DNA of 64,000 nt from IMG/VR virus record IMGVR_UViG_3300035661_000045, positions 1-64,000 of that record. The stretch is one strand, 5' to 3'. Shown in pieces: positions 57,671 to 64,000 of this stretch. Numbering within the stretch: position 1 is the first letter of the stretch; each line of letters opens with the position of its first letter. The notes below the pieces were generated by a model. That model did not search any database, was not told the origin of the DNA, and saw only the letters and a program-made list of their open reading frames with translations. Origin of the DNA: a virus. The position numbers and the translations under genes are program-made.

Positions 57671-59550
57671 TTATCTGATACCCAATAGAAATCTATCAAA
57701 ATCATTCATTTGTTGATCTATTTCTGGATTTTCAGCTTGAGCTTGTTTTTCATTTGGTTCTTCAATATTGTTTAATTGAACTCCACGATTATCCCAATTA
57801 ATTCGATTATCTATAATATTTCCATTTATTCTTTGTCTCAAAATCTCATCGTTAATATTAAGAACTTCAAGCTCTTCTTCAATAATATCTGGAACAATTT
57901 CAACAGTATCTTCTAAATATTCTTTAATAAGCACATTAATATATTTTACTGCAACAGAATCTTTTGGCATATATTCTGGATGACCCTGAATACATAAACA
58001 ATTAGTTTTGTTATAATAAACTATTTCTGGCTCTATAAAATCGGCTGGAAGTCTTTTTTCTCTATTATCACCATTTAAATAAGTTTTAGATAAGTCATGC
58101 ATTGATTTAGCTAAAATGCTATAATCTTTTTTATCTAGCCCAAATGGCCACATCATTTGATGATGAGTAGAAGTAATATCAATATCAACTTCTTCGTTCA
58201 TTAAATGGATTTTATGTGTTCCATTTATAGCATGACCAGTTACATGCTGTACTAAACTTCCTCCAGACATTACGGTGAGGAATTGTGCTTTTTGTTATCG
58301 TATAGGCTCTTTATCCTATACATCTATAGATTTTTCTTCTCTATAGTTCAGACTATATCATATTTCTATATAATCTATATATTTTAAAAATATTAACTTT
58401 TCTAATTCAATTATTTTTTGTACATTTGTATCAGTTTAAAACAAATACCAATAATATGAAAATTAATGAAAAAGAAATGATTTCTTTATTGAAATCTGGT
58501 GAATCAATTCGATCTATAGCTAGTTATTTTAAGGTCAATCAGAACCAAATATCTTCTTATAGAAGAACAATGAATATTCCATGCTCAAAAGTTTTATTGC
58601 AATTGAAAGATTACAATGATTTTGAAACCTATTTTACTGAATTATATAATTCAACAAGCAATATAAAATTTATAGTATCTGAACTATCTAAACATCCACT
58701 TTTTTGTAAAAAAAAAATGAGCGGTCAAAGAGTTTCAGAATTAAGAACATTATATGGCTTGAAATGTAAAATGCCAGAAAATGTGTATCTTAATCAATAT
58801 GACCGCATTAGAGGTTATATGATAAGAAATACGAAATTTATGGCTAGTCGTAGAAATATTTATTTTGATTTAAAATATACTGATTTTGAAATACCAGAAT
58901 ACTGTCCAATACTTGGATTAAAACTAACTTATATGTCAGAGTCAAATGGAAATGATCCATCTCATGCATCTTTAGATAGAATAGATAATAATCTAGGATA
59001 TATAAAGGGCAATGTATTTGTTATTTCAAGACTTGCAAATACAATGAAAAATAATGCATCTTTTGATCAAATTGATTTGTTTTGTGTTAATATGAAAAAA
59101 TTAATAGATTATAAAAGAAATCAAGGCGCTCTTGGTAGTATTACTGACGTATTTGGTGATTTCTCACCTAAACTTAGTCTTGACTACTAGTCGTTGCACT
59201 TTCAAATCAATTTCTTGATAAGCTTAGCTCATGATTGGCATTTCAGCGTTCCATGAATTCACCTTGTTTAAAGAGGGCCACTATATTAACCCTCTGCAAA
59301 CTCCTAAAATGAGTTTATTATATTTTCTTACAATTTTAAAGATATCAAACTCTTTCTTATCACGATTTTCATTGTTTGAAGTATATTTACCTATATCTTC
59401 ACCATAGTAACCTGGAGACACATCTTCTCCTCCGGTGAATAAAACTATATTAGCATCTTCTATTTTTGAAACAATTTTTATTTCATCTAGGAATAAGCCA
59501 GTATAAGATTCATCTCCACCAACAATATATACACTTATTTTATTATTCAT
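57671..59550 (-). CDS. class I glutamine amidotransferase / peptidase C26, spliced: exon 1 59550-59289, exon 2 58287-57671 (292 aa)
   Basis: FTGGEDVSP and LGVCRG in exon 1; HHQ and QGHPE in exon 2. Splicing yields GVCRGSQFLTVMSGG. Confidence 0.88.
58398..58428 (+). promoter_or_regulatory. Bacteroidota-type promoter driving the antisense endonuclease
   Basis: TACATTTG at 58421-58428, 27 nt before the ATG at 58456. Weak -33 box. Confidence 0.6.
58456..59190 (+). CDS. intron-encoded HNH-superfamily homing endonuclease with N-terminal HTH, antisense to the intron
   Basis: CPILG...SLDRIDNNLGY.KGNV.VIS..AN.MK. The only long, motif-bearing + strand ORF in the - arm. Confidence 0.85.
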   Translation: MKINEKEMISLLKSGESIRSIASYFKVNQNQISSYRRTMNIPCSKVLLQLKDYNDFETYFTELYNSTSNIKFIVSELSKHPLFCKKKMSGQRVSELRTLYGLKCKMPENVYLNQYDRIRGYMIRNTKFMASRRNIYFDLKYTDFEIPEYCPILGLKLTYMSESNGNDPSHASLDRIDNNLGYIKGNVFVISRLANTMKNNASFDQIDLFCVNMKKLIDYKRNQGALGSITDVFGDFSPKLSLDY

Positions 59551-60349
59551 AATTTCTTTTAATAATTTTATAGTTTTTAATGAAAATGTCTTTTATCTCA
59601 TCAGATATGTAATTATTTTCAAGACAATCAAATATAGACTTTTCATCATCTTCATCGTTATTACTTCTATCATGTCCATCCATATAAATTCTATTAAATT
59701 CACAGTCTTTACGCTTATACATAAAATACTCAACATTTCTTTCAGATTTTTTAGCTTTTAGATATCTTTTTCTAATGGATTTATTATCATACAAGTCAGT
59801 TCCTTGACCAGTAAATATTGAATGTCCAGTATTATATCCAGAAATAGAATTTACAGATATACAAAATCTTTGAGTATAATCCAAATGTTGAAATTCTTCA
59901 TTATTTTTCATTAATAATGCGGATTTAATCATTACATTATATGGAAATTCATAAAGATTTCTTATTAATGCAGCAATTAATTTAATTTCATATGGATATT
60001 TCTTAGTATATTTTACACTTAAAATTTTGTAATTTAAATCTTCAATATGATCGTCTATTTGAATTTTATTGGAAACTTTTAAATTAAATCCTGTAGTTTT
60101 TTTAATCCACAAAAGATATTCTTTAAGCTCTTCATCATTTAATAAGCAATAATTATCATACATTTGACTATTTAATTCTTTGCTGAAATAAATTTTTACA
60201 CCTAATTTTCCATAATTATCTGGTAAATTTAATAAATAATTTGTTTTTCCATATAATTCAGCAAAGCATATATAGTTTTTAAAAGTTAATTCATTTGAAT
60301 TTATTGAATAATAATAATTTGTTGTATAATTTAAGCAATTAGTTACCAT
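59543..60349 (-). CDS. hypothetical protein within the amidoligase cluster
   Basis: 268-aa ORF overlapping both neighbours. Confidence 0.65.
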   Translation of the reverse strand: MVTNCLNYTTNYYYSINSNELTFKNYICFAELYGKTNYLLNLPDNYGKLGVKIYFSKELNSQMYDNYCLLNDEELKEYLLWIKKTTGFNLKVSNKIQIDDHIEDLNYKILSVKYTKKYPYEIKLIAALIRNLYEFPYNVMIKSALLMKNNEEFQHLDYTQRFCISVNSISGYNTGHSIFTGQGTDLYDNKSIRKRYLKAKKSERNVEYFMYKRKDCEFNRIYMDGHDRSNNDEDDEKSIFDCLENNYISDEIKDIFIKNYKIIKRNYE

Positions 60350-61184
60350 TTACCATTTTTTTTAGTTGTTCTTCATACTTTATAAGTGTCTGACTTCCAA
60401 GTGCTGCCGCTGAATTTATTTCAAGAATGATAAATTCTGGATTACCATTTCTATTATGATTTTTCTCAGATTGAACTTTTACATCACAAGCTCCAATGTC
60501 TAATCCAACAGCATTTAATGCTTTTATACATTCTTCAACTATTAAATCCCAATTACTTGGTTTTTCAAATAAAGGATTTTCTTCCATTATCCATACTGAA
60601 TTCATATCATGTCGATGCCAACGTTCTTCAGCATCTTCTTTAAGCATTTTACGGCAAGTATAAAAGCAACCATCTTTTGTTACATGAAGACGATATTCTT
60701 TAGAATAATTATAATATTTTTCAATAATATAATTATGTAGTGAATTTTGATGTCTTTCTATAAACTCCAAAAACTGATCTTTATTTTCCATATAATAAAT
60801 TCCATTGCCTTTACAGGAGTTTTTGTGTTTTATGATTAATGGAAATTCTAAAATATTTCTATCTATCATATTAATTAAATCCTCATAATCACAACTATCT
60901 ACCCATTGTGGACTAGTAAAAAATCCATCTTTATATGTAAACCAAGTTGCTGATTTTACTTTATCTTTTGTAAATAACTCTTTCATTAAAATCTTATCAC
61001 CACTATTGTGACAAGCTTCTGCTGTATTAATCTCAATGATTGGCTTATTTAGAGCTGCACCACGTGGAAATATTTCTTCAGTAGGCGTTAGACTACCTAA
61101 TCTAAATACAGTTCTCGTATTAACTTTTATTAAGTTTTTAAGAGGTTGAGCTGTATGATTTTTAGTTCTTATTTTTAAAAACAT
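60339..61184 (-). CDS. ATP-grasp ligase (RimK/YheCD-like)
   Basis: DK..MK, FPLIIK...S.KG.GI, EYRLHV, GLD.GA.DV, ILEINSA. Confidence 0.85.
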   Translation of the reverse strand: MFLKIRTKNHTAQPLKNLIKVNTRTVFRLGSLTPTEEIFPRGAALNKPIIEINTAEACHNSGDKILMKELFTKDKVKSATWFTYKDGFFTSPQWVDSCDYEDLINMIDRNILEFPLIIKHKNSCKGNGIYYMENKDQFLEFIERHQNSLHNYIIEKYYNYSKEYRLHVTKDGCFYTCRKMLKEDAEERWHRHDMNSVWIMEENPLFEKPSNWDLIVEECIKALNAVGLDIGACDVKVQSEKNHNRNGNPEFIILEINSAAALGSQTLIKYEEQLKKMVNGN

Positions 61185-61185
61185 A

Positions 61186-61749
61186 TTATTTATTTTTTAA
61201 TTGTGATAAATAAGCGTTTGCTAATTCTGTAATTTTACTAATAGTAACACCATCTCCTTTAAATTTTTCTTTGTCACTTTGCCTGAACCAATCATAATCT
61301 GATACATTATCACCTTCTGTTAATTTTATGAATTTATCTTTTACTAAAATCCATTTTTTATCAATATTTCCGCTATAATTAGGATGACTTTTGATTACTA
61401 TTTTATGAACTGTAGGACAATAAAGTATGTGCATTTTTTTTTTATGATCTAATTGATACATACACAAAATATATGCAAACTTATCAATTTTTAATCTTGG
61501 AAATTTAGCTCTAAGAATGGCATATAAATCAGTAAAACTTCTATTTCTTTCAGAAGAGCATTGTTCTCTTCCATCTTTAAAATAAGTAGCTTCATTTATT
61601 GGATGTCGATTATCTAAGTATTTTTCAAGATATTTTTCTGGAGTTTTAATATTTTCATAACCTTTAATAATAGCAATTTTATCTAAATCAATAAGTTCTT
61701 TATCATTAGCTTTTGGAAATTCTTTTTTAATTATTTGTATAGTATTCAT
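61186..61749 (-). CDS. hypothetical protein, paralog of 62146-62607
   Basis: YLEKY, YFKDG..QC...RNRSF.DL, CPTVHKIV. Confidence 0.65.
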   Translation of the reverse strand: MNTIQIIKKEFPKANDKELIDLDKIAIIKGYENIKTPEKYLEKYLDNRHPINEATYFKDGREQCSSERNRSFTDLYAILRAKFPRLKIDKFAYILCMYQLDHKKKMHILYCPTVHKIVIKSHPNYSGNIDKKWILVKDKFIKLTEGDNVSDYDWFRQSDKEKFKGDGVTISKITELANAYLSQLKNK

Positions 61750-61760
61750 TTGTTATTATT

Positions 61761-62126
61761 TTATTGATTAATCCAGTCTCCTGATTCTATAATATTCTCA
61801 TTATTATATTCTTTACTGTTTTTCAGATAATAAATCCAACTTTTTAGTCCAAGATTCTTTAATTCAATTTCACATCTATCATAAAATGCTGGATATCCTT
61901 CATATTGATCAAGAATTCTTAAAGTATTTTTGTCGTTATCTTTAATCTTATATGTTTCAAAAACTAATTCATTCTTTTTTTTAGATTTTACTAATCCTGG
62001 AAATCCACCTAAATGTAACATTTTAAAGTTTACATTTTCTTTAGATATACCAATAAATTCAGTATTATCCATTTTATAATTTGCACCACATCCTTTTCGG
62101 AGTGTTCCATAAACACTTAAATACAT
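61761..62126 (-). CDS. gamma-glutamylcyclotransferase (GGCT/AIG2-like)
   Basis: VYGTLRKG..N, FPGL, LDQYEGYP.FY.R, IIESGDW. Confidence 0.9.
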   Translation of the reverse strand: MYLSVYGTLRKGCGANYKMDNTEFIGISKENVNFKMLHLGGFPGLVKSKKKNELVFETYKIKDNDKNTLRILDQYEGYPAFYDRCEIELKNLGLKSWIYYLKNSKEYNNENIIESGDWINQ

Positions 62127-62145
62127 ATTTTTAGTTATTTATAAT

Positions 62146-62607
62146 TTATTGTTTTTTGTAATTTTCAGCTAATTCTTTAATTTCAAAGAAAGATAATTCA
62201 TTATCAAATTTTCTAGACATATCTGCTCTATAATATATATCTTGTGACTCTCTATAATTAAATCCATAGTCATGCATTTTTGGAGTGTGAAATACTATTT
62301 TTCTCACATCTCCACATGGTGTCATTTTTAAAGTATTTTCCTTGAATAGTTCAATTAAATGATAAGCTAATTCCTCTTCAGTAATTTTTTTAAATCTAGC
62401 TTTTACTATAAAAAATAAATCATAAAAGCTTCTGTTTCTTCCTAGATAACATTGAATAGTTTTATCTTTATAGTATGAACCTTTAGTTCCATTTTTAAAA
62501 TATTTTTCAAGATATTCTCTTACGTTCGTAATCTTTTTTGATTTACCACCCCAAAAGACTTTTAAATCTTCAAGATGTTTATATTTTTCGTATAATTCTG
62601 GTAACAT
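62146..62607 (-). CDS. hypothetical protein, paralog of 61186-61749
   Basis: YLEKY, YYKD...QC...RNRSFYDL, CGDVRKIV. Confidence 0.65.
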   Translation of the reverse strand: MLPELYEKYKHLEDLKVFWGGKSKKITNVREYLEKYFKNGTKGSYYKDKTIQCYLGRNRSFYDLFFIVKARFKKITEEELAYHLIELFKENTLKMTPCGDVRKIVFHTPKMHDYGFNYRESQDIYYRADMSRKFDNELSFFEIKELAENYKKQ

Positions 62608-62611
62608 AATT

Positions 62612-63622
62612 TTATTTTCTGTTAATTAAAAAATTAAATGTATTTTTAAATATTTCTTCTCCATGTTTTTGTCTAAATTGAAATGGGTCTTTTGATTCAT
62701 AATACTCTGGTATTTCTATTTGAATTAAATTATGTTTATCAGCTAATTCTTTTCCATATATTCTACCATAATTTTCTGGTTTATCAAAGTCATTATCATA
62801 TAGTACAAAAACATTTTTAAATCTTGATTTAATCTGATCCATTACATTTCCTTTGAATGTTACAGATTCAGCTTGACCACTTGTTGATGGTATTCCAGTA
62901 TTAGCCCATATAGTTAAAGCATCTTTTCTACTAGAAGTAATGATTATATTTTCACCAGATTCAGGTAGTTTATTCCATAAATCCCATACAGATCTATCGT
63001 GATTATTAAGCCATTTATAATTCTCGCTAAATGGTTGATATATCTTATACGTTGGAAGTCCATCCTTAAATTCTATATAAGCATAGGCGTACTTTTCACA
63101 CGAAATAATCATATTATTTCCATTCTTGGTTATAAACATATGAGATATGGGATGTATATCTCCAAAAGATAACCATTCTTCTGTTATTCCACCACCACCC
63201 CAAAATTCTAAATCATAAGTCCTTAACGGTCTTACTTTTACATTTATTTTGGATATTTCTGATTTATGAACAGAATTATTTTTTATTAAAGTATTATGTT
63301 TGATTTTTACTAATTCATTGCCTAATATCATTTCATTATAAACTTTTTGTAAGCATTCAAAGAATGTTAGTTTATACAAGTGCATAAGTAAATCAAATAT
63401 TCCACCAGATTCTTTAGATCCAAAATCATGGTATCTAATATTTCCATCTTCATTTAAACTTATACTAAATGAAGGATTTCTATCAGGTCTTAACGGTGAA
63501 AGTATTATTGTTGGCAAACTATCTACTCCAATATAAAAGTTAAGTATATCTAATTCTGTTTTATAATCAAGAATGGAATTCAACGATATTTCTATCGTTG
63601 GGTATCCATTTGATATTGGCAT
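62612..63622 (-). CDS. DNA primase (crAss-type, TOPRIM)
   Basis: SPLRPDRNPSF, DFG...GGIFD, ITSSRKDAL, LYDND, KDP. Confidence 0.85.
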   Translation of the reverse strand: MPISNGYPTIEISLNSILDYKTELDILNFYIGVDSLPTIILSPLRPDRNPSFSISLNEDGNIRYHDFGSKESGGIFDLLMHLYKLTFFECLQKVYNEMILGNELVKIKHNTLIKNNSVHKSEISKINVKVRPLRTYDLEFWGGGGITEEWLSFGDIHPISHMFITKNGNNMIISCEKYAYAYIEFKDGLPTYKIYQPFSENYKWLNNHDRSVWDLWNKLPESGENIIITSSRKDALTIWANTGIPSTSGQAESVTFKGNVMDQIKSRFKNVFVLYDNDFDKPENYGRIYGKELADKHNLIQIEIPEYYESKDPFQFRQKHGEEIFKNTFNFLINRK

Positions 63623-63623
63623 A

Positions 63624-64000
63624 TTATTTTAATGTTTTAAGTACTTCATACAATCCAACTTCTAAAGCTTTTTCATATTTTTCATGTTTTTCCATTGAAA
63701 AAGAATCTAAGAACCAAATGTTATTCAATATAAATCTATTCCATATAAATTTACACGAACTACTTCCATTACAATATGGTTCAACTATAATAATTATATT
63801 ATGCTTTTCACGCAACCATTTTTGCAATAAACTTTGTGTTGAAGCTGAATAAATTCCATCTTCAGTAATTAGTTCTCCATTATCTAATTCTTTAAAATTA
63901 AAATAATCACTAAAACAATAGTCACTATGTTCTATAAAACATTCTTCTCCATCTTTATTATACCAAGAATCTTGAAATATATTAAATCCTTTTTCTTTTG
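63624..64000 (-). CDS. hypothetical protein, 5'-truncated by the window edge
   Basis: The frame stays open to the window end (KEKGF...STQSLLQKWLREKHNI...YEKALE.GL). Confidence 0.65.
   Translation of the reverse strand, partial: KEKGFNIFQDSWYNKDGEECFIEHSDYCFSDYFNFKELDNGELITEDGIYSASTQSLLQKWLREKHNIIIIVEPYCNGSSSCKFIWNRFILNNIWFLDSFSMEKHEKYEKALEVGLYEVLKTLK

Larger units (their letters stand above)
58288..59288 (-). mobile_element. group I intron (1001 nt) with antisense homing endonuclease in P8
   Basis: P1 AGAGGGU/GCCCUCU with a U-G pair, terminal G, P7 GACTA/TAGTC (CAACGACTA...GATATAGTCTG), P8 TTTCTTTTATAATCTAT/ATAGATTATATAGAAA. Confidence 0.9.

Noticed and set aside
1-64000. Suppressor tRNA or release-factor gene
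   Set aside because: No tRNA cloverleaf or RF-like ORF was recognised by eye. A tRNAscan-SE/ARAGORN run on the full genome is needed.

Overview
This very AT-rich 64 kb window is part of a crAss-like (Crassvirales-type) Bacteroidota phage genome. It has two convergent arms that meet at a bidirectional terminator near 45.6 kb. The + arm (1-45566) is the late/virion module: fibre genes, a lysis cassette, a scaffold, a major capsid protein split by a group I intron carrying an HNH gene, ring/auxiliary-capsid/muzzle genes, and ejected cargo proteins. It looks fragmented in the standard-code ORF track only because TGA is used as Trp. Reading TGA=W joins about 35 fragments into a dozen genes. These include a ~4,885-aa virion RNA polymerase polyprotein (SF1 helicase, zincin, and the DFDVD catalytic motif, which the supplied track misses) and a ~1,502-aa cargo protein. 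The - arm (45667-64000) holds early/middle genes in the standard code: primase, nucleases, thioredoxin, and a compact phiEco32-like amidoligase/ATP-grasp/amidotransferase/GGCT cluster. That cluster's class I amidotransferase is split by a second group I intron with an antisense homing endonuclease. The most unexpected element is a solitary, exact 19-nt Cas12a crRNA handle (AATTTCTACTGTTGTAGAT) just downstream of the capsid gene, a candidate RNA anti-CRISPR. No tRNA (including a UGA suppressor), portal or terminase gene was seen in the window. Family assignments come from recognising motifs by eye, not from database searches.
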